From assembly GCA_963708185.1 (NCBI GenBank), contig OY970195.1, positions 1,280,001 through 1,344,000 on the forward strand: 64,000 nt of DNA. Direction: 5' to 3'. Under the pieces are notes generated by a model. That model searched no databases, had not been told where the DNA came from, and saw only the letters and a program-made list of their open reading frames with translations. Position 1 is the stretch's first letter, and each line of letters opens with the position of its first letter. The DNA is from Candidatus Peregrinibacteria bacterium. Its GTDB lineage: Bacteria > Patescibacteriota > Gracilibacteria > UBA1369. The position numbers and the translations under genes were made by a program. This document shows, one piece after another, positions 26,808 to 38,800 of this stretch.

Positions 26808-27191
26808 CTTTCCGGTACAGATTTTCATGAAGTTCATAAAAAGGCCTTCGGGATTTACCAGGGAATAAAAAGGAAGAGCAAGCGGACTCCGTATGTGCGG
26901 TCCGCGTTTTTCAACAAGGATAAGGTTTTTTTGACTTTATTTTGGCAACATCTTTGGGATAAAGAGAAATGGCAGGATCGGATGAGACGCCTGAAGTATT
27001 ATTCAGCTGCGATAGAGCTTATTCAAAGAAGTAAATTTGCGCCTCATTCAAAAGAAAATCCCAACAAACCCTTGGAATTATTGCATAGGTTTGCCGGCAT
27101 TACCGATGAGCATCTTCTGTTTTATGTGCAAATTAAGGAAAACAAAAGATCAGGTCGAAAAGATTTAATTTCGATTTTCCCTGTGCAATAA
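26808..27191 (+). pseudogene. Probably 5'-truncated basic hypothetical protein (possibly RelE/BECR-like fold)
   Basis: Frame is open from 26808 (LSGTDFHEVHKKAFGIY...) after a TGA, with no start codon until GTG 26895. C-terminus FYVQIKE...LISIFP. Confidence 0.45.
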
Positions 27192-27298
27192 AGAAAAAGA
27201 CCTCCGCTAGGTGTGGTATATAAACCACGGGCCGAAGTCTTTTCATCTATAGTGTAATACTGCGGAAATAATAATCAAGTTTAATTTAGAATTTTTTA

Positions 27299-28594
27299 TT
27301 ACGGCGTGAGCCGGTAGATGGTGCGCGGGAAGGGGATGGATTCGCGGACGTGTTCGAGGCCGCAGATCCAGGTGACGATTCTTTCCAGGCCGTAGCCGAA
27401 TCCGCTGTGGGGGACGGAACCGAATTTGCGTAAGTCCAGGTACCAGCCAAATGATTCCAATGGCAGTTTGTGTTCTTCGATGCGTTTCTTGAGTTCTTCG
27501 TAGTTGTCTTCGCGCTGGCTTCCGCCAATGATTTCGCCGTATCCTTCGGGGGCGAGGAGGTCGGAGCATAACGCGCGGGTCGGGTCCTTGGGATCGCGCT
27601 TCATGTAGAAAGCTTTGACGGCGGCGGGGTATTTTTCCACGAACAAAGGCTTGTCGTATTTTTTCATGAGCATGGTTTCGTCGTCGCCGCCGAGGTCGTG
27701 GCCGGGCTGGATGTCCGAGCCCATTTCACGCAGTTCCTTGACCACTTCTTCGTGGGTTTTGCGGATGAACGGAGCCTGGATTTTTTTGAGAGGTTCAATG
27801 TTTCGTTCCAGGATCTTGAGTTCTGTCTGGTTTTTTTCAAGGACGCGTTTGACGATGTTGCAGACCAATCCTTCCTGGGTTTTGATGTTGTCGTCATGGT
27901 CGGCAAATGCGGCTTCGGCGTCCATCATCCAGAATTCGGTGAGATGGCGGCGGGTTTTTGATTTTTCGGCCCGGAAGACTGGTCCGAAATCAAAACATTT
28001 CCCTACGGAGAAAATGGCGGCTTCAATATAGAGCTGGCCGGATTGGCTGAGGTAGGCTTTGGCTTCGTCGAAATAATTGATTTCGAAAAGTTCGGTCGTG
28101 CCTTCGCAGGCGTTTGGGGTGAGGATTGGCGCGTCGATCTTGATGAACCCCTCGTTGTTGAGATATTCGTACGTTGCGTTGATGATGGTGTTGCGGATGC
28201 GCTGGATGGCCCACTGGCGGTTGGAGCGCAGCCAGAGGTGGCGGTGGTCCATGAGGAAGTCGATGCCGTGGTCTTTTTTGGAAATGGGGTATTCGTGTTC
28301 GCTGATGTGGACGGGTTCGATGTTGGTGACGCCGATTTCAAAAACGTTTTCCCATTTGGGATGTTTGTTGACCTTTCCGGTGACTTTGACCGAGGATTCC
28401 ATGGTGAGTTTTTCCGCGGTTTCGGCCACTTTGGGATTGACGTTCGCGGCTTCAACGATGCCCTGGGTGATGCCGCTGCCGTCGCGCAGCTGGAGGAAAT
28501 ACAGTTTGCCGTTGCCGCGTTTGTTGAACATCCAGCCGAGAATGGTGACTTCCTCTCCGACATGATCTTTGAGTTTTTCGATGGTGGTTATCAT
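27299..28594 (-). CDS. asnS: Asparagine--tRNA ligase
   Basis: OB fold (FLQLRDGSG), RHLWLRS, YLSQSGQLY, FRAEKSKTRRHLTEFW, GEIIGGSQRE, PHSGFGYGLER. Confidence 0.96.
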   Translation of the reverse strand: MITTIEKLKDHVGEEVTILGWMFNKRGNGKLYFLQLRDGSGITQGIVEAANVNPKVAETAEKLTMESSVKVTGKVNKHPKWENVFEIGVTNIEPVHISEHEYPISKKDHGIDFLMDHRHLWLRSNRQWAIQRIRNTIINATYEYLNNEGFIKIDAPILTPNACEGTTELFEINYFDEAKAYLSQSGQLYIEAAIFSVGKCFDFGPVFRAEKSKTRRHLTEFWMMDAEAAFADHDDNIKTQEGLVCNIVKRVLEKNQTELKILERNIEPLKKIQAPFIRKTHEEVVKELREMGSDIQPGHDLGGDDETMLMKKYDKPLFVEKYPAAVKAFYMKRDPKDPTRALCSDLLAPEGYGEIIGGSQREDNYEELKKRIEEHKLPLESFGWYLDLRKFGSVPHSGFGYGLERIVTWICGLEHVRESIPFPRTIYRLTP

Positions 28595-28688
28595 GCTGTG
28601 GTTCTGGCAAAAGGGAAATACGCAGATAAGATACTGAATGCGTGCGATGCAGGCAAGGGGAGCGTTGGCATGGAATGAAGCGGCGACG

Positions 28689-29273
28689 TTATTTTGTTTT
28701 GACGCCAAGCTTTTCGAGCATGATGCGGAGTCGGAATAACGGCAGGCCAATCACATTATTGAAATCGCCGTCGATGCGTTCGACCATCTTGCCCCCTTCG
28801 CCTTCAATGCTGAACGCTCCTGAAATCTGCAGGGCTTCCTCGTGGTGGGCGAGAGAGAGGATTTCCGAACGGGACATTTTTTTGATTTTGAGGCTGGTCA
28901 CTACGTGTTCGGTGATTCTTTTTACGATTTTTCCGTCGTCGTCGGTTTGAAGCGCTGCGATTCCGCTGTGGACTTCGATGGTGTTCCCGCTCATCTTCGA
29001 GATGATGTTTTCGGCTTCTTGTATGGTTGCGGGTTTGCCGATTTTTTTCTTTCCGATGGTGATGAACGTGTCGGCTCCGATGATGATACTGTCCGGAAAC
29101 TTTCGCGCGATGTACGCCGCTTTTCCTTCGGCGAGGTGTTTGGCGAGCCTGCCGGAATCTTTGAAAGAGTTCATGTCTTCCTCATAGCCGCTGGTGTGGC
29201 ACTCGAAAAGGGCTCCCAGCTCTTCCATGAGTTTGCGGCGTGCTTTCGATTGTGATGCGAGGATGATGCGCAT
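28689..29273 (-). CDS. maf: Maf family nucleoside triphosphate pyrophosphatase
   Basis: IILASQSxxR, KA, IGADT, GKP, NVIGLP. Start at ATG 29273. Confidence 0.9.
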   Translation of the reverse strand: MRIILASQSKARRKLMEELGALFECHTSGYEEDMNSFKDSGRLAKHLAEGKAAYIARKFPDSIIIGADTFITIGKKKIGKPATIQEAENIISKMSGNTIEVHSGIAALQTDDDGKIVKRITEHVVTSLKIKKMSRSEILSLAHHEEALQISGAFSIEGEGGKMVERIDGDFNNVIGLPLFRLRIMLEKLGVKTK

Positions 29274-29282
29274 ATGGTTTTT

Positions 29283-29372
29283 TGGCGGAAAGGGAGGGAT
29301 TCGAACCCTCGATACCCGTGAGGGTATACCGCTTTTCGAGAGCGGCGCCTTCAACCACTCGGCCACCTTTCC
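29283..29372 (-). tRNA. tRNA-Ser(CGA)
   Basis: GGAAAGGTGGCCGAGTGG...CCGCT-CTCGAAA-AGCGG, long variable arm, GGTTCGAATCC, encoded CCA. Confidence 0.96.
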
Positions 29373-29434
29373 CCTTTTACACCAGCCAATCATAGTTTCA
29401 GAAAGGCAAAAGGGCAAGTTCCAGTTGGAATGTT

Positions 29435-29872
29435 TTATATCTTTTCGGATTCGGCGGGTTCTTCTTTTTTGACCAGCACCTCTTCTTCCATGACGGGTTC
29501 CGTCTCGAGAGCGGGTTTGAGTTTTGGTTCAAGGCCGGGAGCTCTTTTTCCTGATTTTTTTGTTGCGGATGTTTCGATCGTGGATTTTTTAAAACGTGAA
29601 AACAACGGTTTTCCCGTCAGTTCATAGTGCTTTTTCATGAGCATGAGCGTGGCGTTGCACGTGATGTTCATGACGGCGGAGAATACGAGAGGGAAATCAT
29701 CGGTTTTCATGCCGTAAAGCCCCCAGAGTGTTGATCCGAAAAACAGCAAGCCGAGCATGCCCCAGGACACATCCTGAAGATGATGTGTCCTGGCGCCTTT
29801 GATGACTTCGGGAATGAGGGAGACGGCTCCGCATAAGGCTGCGATGTAGCCAATGAATGTCCAGAATTCCAT
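29435..29872 (-). CDS. SemiSWEET/PQ-loop protein with a charged C-terminal tail
   Basis: IGYIAA...SLIPEVIK...DVS...LWGLYG; 3 TM segments; PE in place of PQ. Confidence 0.7.
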   Translation of the reverse strand: MEFWTFIGYIAALCGAVSLIPEVIKGARTHHLQDVSWGMLGLLFFGSTLWGLYGMKTDDFPLVFSAVMNITCNATLMLMKKHYELTGKPLFSRFKKSTIETSATKKSGKRAPGLEPKLKPALETEPVMEEEVLVKKEEPAESEKI

Positions 29873-29899
29873 ATTTTGTTTTTATTTTGGTGTGAGCTT

Positions 29900-32800
29900 T
29901 TACAGTGCGGTGAAGGTCAGCGTTACCTGGTAATTACCGATGTTCGTGGCCTGAGGGATGCTGAGGTAGTAGTTCACGAACTGAGAATAGCTTCCGTTGT
30001 GGTTCGTTGCCGTCTGCATGAGGTCGACGGCGGCATCCACGGTATTGCCCGTGAGATTGGTATATGTTGTCGAGGTCCCGAATCCTCCGAGGATGTTGAA
30101 CTGCGCGTTGATCGGACTTGTCACGTTGGCACAATCAGGAATTGCCGGCGTTTCAAGGTACTGTATGCCGTTACATGAGAGCCCGTTCGCGTCGGTCGTG
30201 TCGTCGGTCGGTGTCGAAGTCGCGACGTAAAGATCGGTCAGAGGAATGGTGTTGCTTGCATTGTTGATATCGGCAAAGTTCGTTGATGCCTGCAGTTCAA
30301 GGGTGAATCCTCCGCTGTTTCGCGTATCCTGTACCGTGACTCTGTCGCCGTCGTCCGGACCGGTCGCATTGTTGAAGCTTTCACCTCCCGGGTATGAATC
30401 AGGGAAACTGAAGCTGTCAGGTATTTTTGTGATCGAGAGTGAGCCGGTGTTTGGCGTAATGGTGATGATGCCGCATGACGTGTTGCCGCTTCCCGGGGTT
30501 CCGACCGCACAGGTGAACTCAATGTCAACGGTGCTGGAGATCGTCGTGTTGCCGTCGGTGACGTCGGTCGCGCTGAAGGTATCAACCCCCACGGTATCCG
30601 ATGTAACGGTGAAACATGCATCTCCGTTCGTGTTTGTGGTTCCTGCGGTGGATCCTCCAGAAGCGCAGAGTGCCGGGGTAACGGTTGGTGAGCCCGGTCC
30701 AGCGGTCTGAGAGATCGTGACGACGGAACCAACGATCGGGTTATCCGAATCATCGAGCAGGTTTACGGTTATGGTGCTTGCCGTGGTGTTGTCGTTCGGT
30801 ACGGCAGTTGGATTGGCTGTGATGGTTGAGTTGGACCCCGGTGCGTTCAAGTACGTCACGTCGGCGGTTTGCGTTATCTGCGGGGGTCCGCCGGAACCGA
30901 CCGCAAACTCTGTCGATTGTGTCGTGACGTTCGTGCTGGAGAGCGATGAACGTACACAGTAGGTTGAATCGGTGCAGCCGCTACTTGCCGTTCCGCTGTC
31001 GATGCCGATGACTTCACCGCTTTGTCCGCTCGTGTCGGCATAATGGTAATCGATGTGGCCGTCGCTGAAGAGGTCGATTTCGAAGTCGTGGGTTGGAGAT
31101 CCTCCTCCGCAGCAGTTTTCAAGGTTGAAGTGGAAGCGTACCTCTCCCGGTATTGATGTCGCGTCATATTCCATGGTGTCCACTCCATAGCCGAAGTAGA
31201 GGTCATTGAAGTAGCCGGCTATTCTCGGTAAACCTGAGCCGCTGCCGAATGATGAGGTCTGATATGAGCATGTTCCGCCGGTGAACTGGATATAGCCGTT
31301 CGAACACATGTAGGCAGTGGTGTAGTTTGTGCCGAAGAAGTTGAAGGTGAACGGTAACGCTACTGCTGCCGTATCATCGTCGTGGTTCGCCGTATCGGTG
31401 AATACGGAGGTCCATGTTCCTCCGCTTCCCGGAACGATATGCGTGACGGATTGTTCGGCATATCCACCCGGCGTTGAGACGTCATCGAGTGTTGCAGCAT
31501 ACGTGTCGGTCCCGAGGGTCGTATTGCTGACAGCAAATGTTGCGACACCGGCATTGTTCGTTGTGGTGGATGTGTGGTCGAACGTCGGAGTACCGGCGTT
31601 GGCGCTTATCTTGCTGACGCTGATGTTGGCACCGGTTACCGGGTTATTATAGATATCGCGTACTGTTGCCGTGAGGGTACTTGTGGTTACGCCATCGTTC
31701 GGAACCGACGTCGGGTTGGCAATAAAGCTTGAGGTGTTCGGATCTGGATCGCCGGCGCTGAAAAGTACGTCGGCGGTCTGGGTGACGACGACGCTGCTTG
31801 TGGTATCGGTCGCCTGGAACGTGTAGGTGCCGATGGTGGTTGAAGAGACGAGGAAGCATGCCTGGCCGGAGCTGTTGGTGACGCCTGCAATATCACCCGC
31901 ATTACATGGCGTGGCAGATGGTGTTAACGATACCGGGCCCGCGGTCTGGGCCACGGTGACGGTTTCGCCGGCGACGGGGTTGTCGTTGGTATCCATCATG
32001 GTAGCCGTCAACAGTGCTGTGGACGTACCGTCCGCCGCTACTGATGCAGGAGGTGCCGGGTTGGCGACGAACGTTGAGTTGGTTGCCGTCGGAGGTTGCG
32101 CCGTAAAGGTGATGCTCACCGTCGGCGTGATGGTGTTGTAGTTGTTGGCATCGGTCGTATCTGTTGCGGAGAAGGTCAGTGTGCCGACTTCCGTTGACGT
32201 AATCGTCGCGCAGGATTCACCGCTTGAGTTGGTAACTCCGGCTGATCCGCCGCTGGCACAGACCGTCGGCGTGATGGTTGAGTTTGCCGGGTTTCCGAGA
32301 ATTTCATTGACGGTGATTGTTCGCCCGGTGACCGGGTTTCCCGATTCGTCGAGCAGGGTTGCTGTGACGAGTTCGGAATCACTGCCGTCGGCCACATGGG
32401 TGAGGCTCGTCGCTTTTACGAAAGTTGAATTGTACGCATGGTCTCCTTCAATGACGCTTTGTCCGAAGATATCCGGAGGCGAGGCATGGCCCTGCCACGT
32501 GATGATACCTCCGCCGTTATCGTCACCCAGAATGAGCGGATACTGGTCGAATCTTGCGGTGTTGGTTATCTGCATGCCGTTGGTATCCCATTGGGCAATG
32601 CCGTTGACGACACGCTGGGTGTAAATATAGTTCGCGGTTCCGCCGCTGTTGGCCTGGTCCCAGGTGATGACGGCTCCGTCGTTCGCGTAAGGGCTGTTCG
32701 ATCCGTCTCTTACGATGTGAGGGTTTTGTTTCAAGACCGTCTGGGACGAGTTGGAAATCACATCGCCGTCGTTCCAGAGTTTGTTGCCATTGATGTCGAG

Positions 32801-35800
32801 ACGCTGGACGGCAATGTCGCTCGCCGTGCCGGTCGCGTCGTACTGTTCCCACGTAACGATCATGCCGTTGTTGTTGTCGCTGGCCATGCGGCCGTTGAGG
32901 TTGTCATCCGCGGTGCTCGAAACAACTGTGGTCCAGAAGGTTCCGCCGGTGGTGTCCATTTTCTTTGCAATGATACGGTGTTTGCCGCCGGTTCCTCCGT
33001 CGTCGGAATAGAGGATGTTGATATTACCGTTTCCGTCGACGTTCATGTCGAGGAGGTGTTCGTCGGTGTTGGTGATGGCGACGAGATAGAACGCGCTGAT
33101 GGTACTGCCGGTGGTCTCGTTGACCTTCGCCATGTAGATGTCGCTGGCTCTTCCTCCGGCGGTGTTGTCTTCTTCGTAGGCGATGTAGAGGTAGCCGCCG
33201 CTGCGGACCATCTTGGGGTTGGATTCCACGAGTCCGTTGGTGTTCGTCACGTTCTTGTAGTTGCTGCCCCAGTTCGAATCATAGGTGCCGTCGGTTGAAA
33301 CGATTCGCCCCACAACGACATCGGCTTTGGGGAAAGTGCCGCTGTCCGAGATCCAGGCGACGAACGCACCTCCGTTTCCGTCGGAAAGGATTTGCGGTGT
33401 GGAGTTGTTGCTGCCCGGAGTGTTCATCTGGCGGCCGTTGTCGTTGCCTCCGCCCCAGGTGGTGTTGCGTTTTCCGCTGGAGTCCAGTTTCTGTGCGAAA
33501 AGCGTGCTCGTTCCGTTACTGATAACGTTTTTCCATGCCATGAGCAGACCGCCGTTCGGCGTGTTGGAAGTTTGATCCGCCGCGATACTGAGGTTGGTAT
33601 GATCCGTGGTGGTGGATGTGTCGTTATAGACGGCGGGTACGCCGCGTCCCGGGTACGCCGGGTTCCAGATGGACGTGCCATCCGGCCCGATTTTGTCGGC
33701 AACGGGAACGTGCTGCCCGTAATGGGTCAGCCGGCTGTAGAATTCACTTGCCAATGGAGGATAGGAACTTCCGTAGTAGGATTGATCGGCTTCGTCTTCC
33801 CAGGCAACGATGGTGTCGTTGTTGGAAGTTGTGACCATTTTTTGGTTTTGTTGTGTTTCGAGGATGGTATTCTGAACGTCTGCTCCCGGTGAAATTTCAA
33901 TATCATCAGCTGTTCCCCATTGGAGAACACCGCTGCTGTTGACGTTGAGGATGTAGTTGTCGACGTCGTTGATGTAAGGCGTATTGGCGAATCCATGGGT
34001 CGAACCTTCACCAACGGCGACGAGTCCGCCCGATCCGTCGCTGATTGCCGTGCGGAGTTCGCTGGCGTTCGTTGCGTAGACGGCGTAGTTCAAATCTCCA
34101 ATGTAGTAGCCCATAACGTTATGGATGTGCAGGCCCGAACTTCCGAACGCGGAAGCGAAGCTTCCATCGGAGTTGAGGAGGACCGCTTTCATCCCAAGAG
34201 TGCCGCCGTTTCCGCTGTCGTTGAAAAGTACGTATGCGGTTCCGGTCGTCGGGCCAGAGACCAGTTTCCATGAGTATATTGATCCGGGTAATCGGACTGC
34301 AGTTCCTCCTGTGAAGAGCGATTGAGGAGTGCCGCCGTTGTTTATGTAATGCTGGGCAAAAACGCCGTCGGTTCTCAGGTAGACGATGAAGATGCCTCCA
34401 TTGCCGTCTGAAATCGCATCGTATTTCCCTGACGAGTTCAATGTGGCGAGGTCGGTGAGTTGTACGTTCCAGACCTGATTTGTCGATACATCGCTTCCGT
34501 AGTGCAGATACAACATGCCGTCGTCCAAAGACGTGCTCGTCGTACAGTCATCGGCAAGTAAGGTATAGGCTCCGCCGCTTCCGTCCGGGAATGAACGTTC
34601 ATTCCACTGTGATTTTGATTCCTGCGTTCCGTGGACGGGGTTGGAGTAGTTACAGGTATATGGAGTGAGTCCCGTATCGGCCGATACGTTGGTTCTGATA
34701 TTGATTCTTCCTTCGTTGGCGATATAGTCCGTGGTTGAGTTGAGTGTTGAGATGTTGATGTTGACGTCGGAGTTTACCCCTATACAGAATCCAACGACAT
34801 CGGACTCATCCGGATAGGCCGCTCGTACAACGCCCGGACTGACGAGTGAAAGGTCGATGAAGGCACCGCCCGAACAGGTCGATCCGATGCCGAGCCGTGT
34901 TGGCCATGACGTCGCGTCGCCGGTCACCACGTTGCCGCTGCTGTCGATACGTGTGACCGATTTGTAGTAATTTGAAAGGTTGTAGTCGCGATAGGCGATG
35001 AAGGCTCCTCCCGTTCCGTCGGCAATGATGGAGTATCCGGCGTCTTCGCCCGGGCCGCTTAAATAGGTTCCTCCATGGGTGGCGTTGAGCACCACTTTGG
35101 GTGAAGCGCCCCAGAGGAACGATCCCGTGCTGCTTACATGCCGGCCCTGAAGTTCATATTGGCTGGTGCCGCTGTTGAGAGCAATCCAGGTAACGAACGC
35201 CCCTGTGCTGTTGTCGCTGATGATTTCAGGTTCACCCCATTGGCCGGCGCTCACGGTCGAGCCGTCGAAGAGTTGAAGACCTGAACTCGGCGTCCACTGC
35301 GGAGCGCCGCTGCTGTTGTATTTCTGGGCAAAAAGGCTGTAGGTGCTTCCGCTGCGGTTATCCATCCAGATCGTAATGTAGCTGCCGTCCGTCGTGCGGA
35401 GGACTTTCGTTCTCGTCGGTGCCGCGTAGGTGGAATCGTCGTTTACGGCATTGGCAATGGTGTTGCCGTTGGTGTCCCATGCCGGCCCTTCTACGAAACT
35501 GATGTTGGTGGAAAGCGTTGGCGTTCCTTCCGTGGTATTGACGGCCTGGTAGGTGAAGCTGCCGCGGGATGTGTTGGTGACTTTGAAACATGCCTGCCCA
35601 TTGCCGTCGGATGTTGTACTGTTTCCTCCAAGCGTCGCGCCGGTCGAACAGTCAACGGCGTTAATGCCGTCGGTCGGAAGGCCCGGGGTTTTGGTCATGG
35701 TAACCGTTCTGCCGCCGAAGAGATTGTTGCTTGCATCTTTGAGCGTCATCGTTATCGTGCTTGAATTGAGACCGTTCGCTGCAACCGTCGAACTGCTGGC

Positions 35801-38800
35801 GGCGATGGTTGAATTTGCCTGGGTCGGTCCGGTGTAAGTGATGGAGACCGTCTGGTTCAGGGTCACGCTGTTATCAGTGTCGGTTGCCTGAAAAACGTAG
35901 ACTCCTGCAAGGTTGGCGACGACGGTTGCGCAGGCTTTTCCGTTGGTGTTTGTCTTATTGGTGGTGGATCCGGCGGGTTCCGGGTTCGGACAGTCAACCG
36001 GTGTGATGGTTGATGATGCAGGTCCGCTTGTCTGGCTAAAAGAGACGGTTGTATCGATGACAGGATTGTCGAACTGATCGCGGAACAGTCCCGTCAGCGT
36101 TGCGGTGTTGGCGTTGTCTGCCGCGACCGTGGCCGTGTCCGCGGTGAGAGTTGAATGAGGTGTACTCGGATCCGTCGGTCCGGCGGTGAAGTCCACGGTG
36201 ACGATGTCCGCAGGGTCGTCCATGGTGACGGTGCCGCTGCTGGCCGTCGCTTCGAACGTGTAGGTCCCGATGGTCGTTGTTGAAACGTTGAATGTTGCTA
36301 CGCCGCTCGTATTGGTCGGGTTCGTCACGGCGGAAATCGTTGCGGTTCCCGGTCCGCTGACCTGGCTGACACTGACGGTGTTGCCGTCAACGATGACGTT
36401 GTTCTTGTTGAGAATTGTTGCTGTCAGGAGTTTTGTCGATACGCCGTCGGCAGCAACGCTGCCGCCCGGTGCCGTGAAGGTGGAGTTGGTTTTGTTCGCG
36501 ATGAGGTCGACAAACGTCACGTCAGCCGTCTGAACGACGGTAATAGGAGAGGTGGTGATGTCGGTCGCCTGGAACGTGTAGGTTCCCGATGTCCCGCGGG
36601 CTGAAGCAGGGGAGGTACTCACCTTGAAACATGCTTTTCCGTCCGCGCCGGTTGTGGCTTCGTCGGGAGGTACGTTGTTCAGTGATGCTCCGGTGCTGCA
36701 GTTCACGGCGTCGATCAATACCGAACCGCCGCTTGGAACATTGGATGCCGCAAGCTGGACGGTTTTGTCCGGTGCCGGCTGCGGCGTCGGAGTGGAGCTG
36801 TCGAGCAGCGTGACGGTGACGGTTGAAGTGTCCACGCCGTCGTCTTCCAGGTTGTTCGTAGGGGAGGCGACGACGGTTGAGTTGTTCGGGTCGGTGATGG
36901 TGGTGTAACTGAAGCCGCCGGTAAGTGTGCCCTGTTGAGTGTTCGGGTTGATGACCTGGACGTCAACGGGTCCGGTTCCTGTATGGGCCGGAACGAGCGC
37001 TTGCAGGTGCGTCGAGTCGATGAAAGTTACCGATGATGATGCCGTTCCGTCGAAGAGAACCTGCGGGGTGGCGACAAAGTCCGTACCGTAGACGTCGACG
37101 GTGTCTCCTCCGTTGATGCTTGCCTGGTTTGGCGAGACGCTGGTGGGGTTCGGAGGTACTCCGTAAATGAAAGATCCTGTGGCGTTTGCTCCGTCGAGGT
37201 TGGTGACGGCAACCGGAACGGTTGCCGCTGTATGCGCAGGAGTGACAGCAAGGACAGTCGTGTTATTGGCGTCTGAAACTGTCGCCGAAGACGTATCAAA
37301 CTGTACGGGGATACTTCCCGTTGCCGTTCCGACGATTGCTGAAACACTCTCGAGGTTCGGATTTGCGGCCTGGTGCTGGAATTTGCGGACGAGGACTTTT
37401 CCGGGGGAGTTTGTCGTGGTGTATCCGTTGTTATTGTAAAGATCGGTGATTTCTGCTGCGGAAAGGGCACGGTTATAGATGCGGACATCGTCGAGCTGGC
37501 CCGGGAAGTAGTATGAACTGCCTCCATTTATCCAGTGTCCGATCTGAAGGTTGGTGGTGCTCACGCCTATAGCTTGGTTGAGCTGTGCCGTGTTACTCAG
37601 GTTTCCGTCGATGTAGATTCTTGCGTAGGTTCCGTCGTAGGTGCCGACGATGTGATGCCATCCGCTGTTGATGGCGACAGTCGAGGCTGCCGTGACGGTC
37701 GTTTCCGTTCCGTTGTTTGCGAGCTCGAGAAACGGCGTAGGAGGGTTCGAACCGTTGAAGAGGAGTTCGTATCCGTTGTAGGTACAGCAAGCCGATACGT
37801 TTGAAACCATGCGCGGATAGTATCCGGTTGTCGTCATGTTTTCCCATACTTCAACGGTTAACGCTCCGCCGATGCCCAATGGGCTTGCGTTTCCGGCGTC
37901 GATATCGTTGTTCGATCCGTTGAAACTGCGGGCGTTGTTGAATTTTCCGGACACGACGTTGGTGCCGGCGTTCGTTCCTTCCATCGTGCCCGTGTTTCCG
38001 TTGCCGGAAGAGTCGGTGACTGTTGTTCCACTCACTTCATCCATGGGCCATGCGCCTTTGTTCGAACCGGTGTCGATTTCACGGATGAAGGTGTTTGTCG
38101 TGTTGCTTTGAGAGGTCAAAGAGGTGTCACCGCTGTAGTGCATGTAGATGGTGGTGTTTCCGGATGCCGCAATGATCGGAACTTTGACCCAGATTTTCGT
38201 AGCCGCGGAATCCATCGGTCCTTCGATCCAGAAGTTGGTGATCGGTGTTGTTCCGTCGCTGTCGAAGAATCTGATGTCGCGTCCGTCCCGGGTCATTTTT
38301 CCCGTTTCGATCAGGCTTGCCGTATCCACGGTGAACGATGCCTGATAGTCGGCCAATGTGCTTGCGCTGTTGTTGCTGATGGTGACCGGCAGCGTGTAAT
38401 CTGACGGAGTGAAGTTGGTTCCGGTAATGGTTACCGCGGTTCCTCCGGCGGGTACCCCGTTGTCCGGATCGATGCTCGTGAACGTCGGGTCGTTGAAGGT
38501 GAATGAGTTGGGAAGCGTTATGGTCTGGCCGTCTGAATCGGTCACGACGGTGTCGAAGGCACCGGTGTTATTGGGTCCGTTGGTCGTGACGTTAATGTTG
38601 CCAGAAGTGACGGAGTTCACTGCGGCTGACGGAGTCAGGTCCCCGATGCTTACGGTAAGCGTCGGGCTTTCCGTTCCGATGGTCGCCGTCGGTTCGTTGG
38701 CCGTATATTCTCGCACTTTGACGTTGTCGATTTCCACCTGGCCGCTGTAATCGCCGAAGCCGATCTTGACCGGCGTGGTGGTCAAGCCGCCGCTGGTGGT

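Noticed and set aside
25700-27300. Complete DGR cassette (template repeat, RT, Avd) or prophage/integrase next to smpB
   Set aside because: No AAC-rich copy of the variable region, no YxDD RT ORF and no integrase found by eye in the window; only a candidate target gene is supported.
28689-29417. Extended starts given in the ORF track for maf, asnS, nadM, topA, hup, pheS, PMM and NIF3
   Set aside because: The extensions overlap tRNAs or neighbouring genes or lack family similarity; downstream ATGs match the family N-termini.
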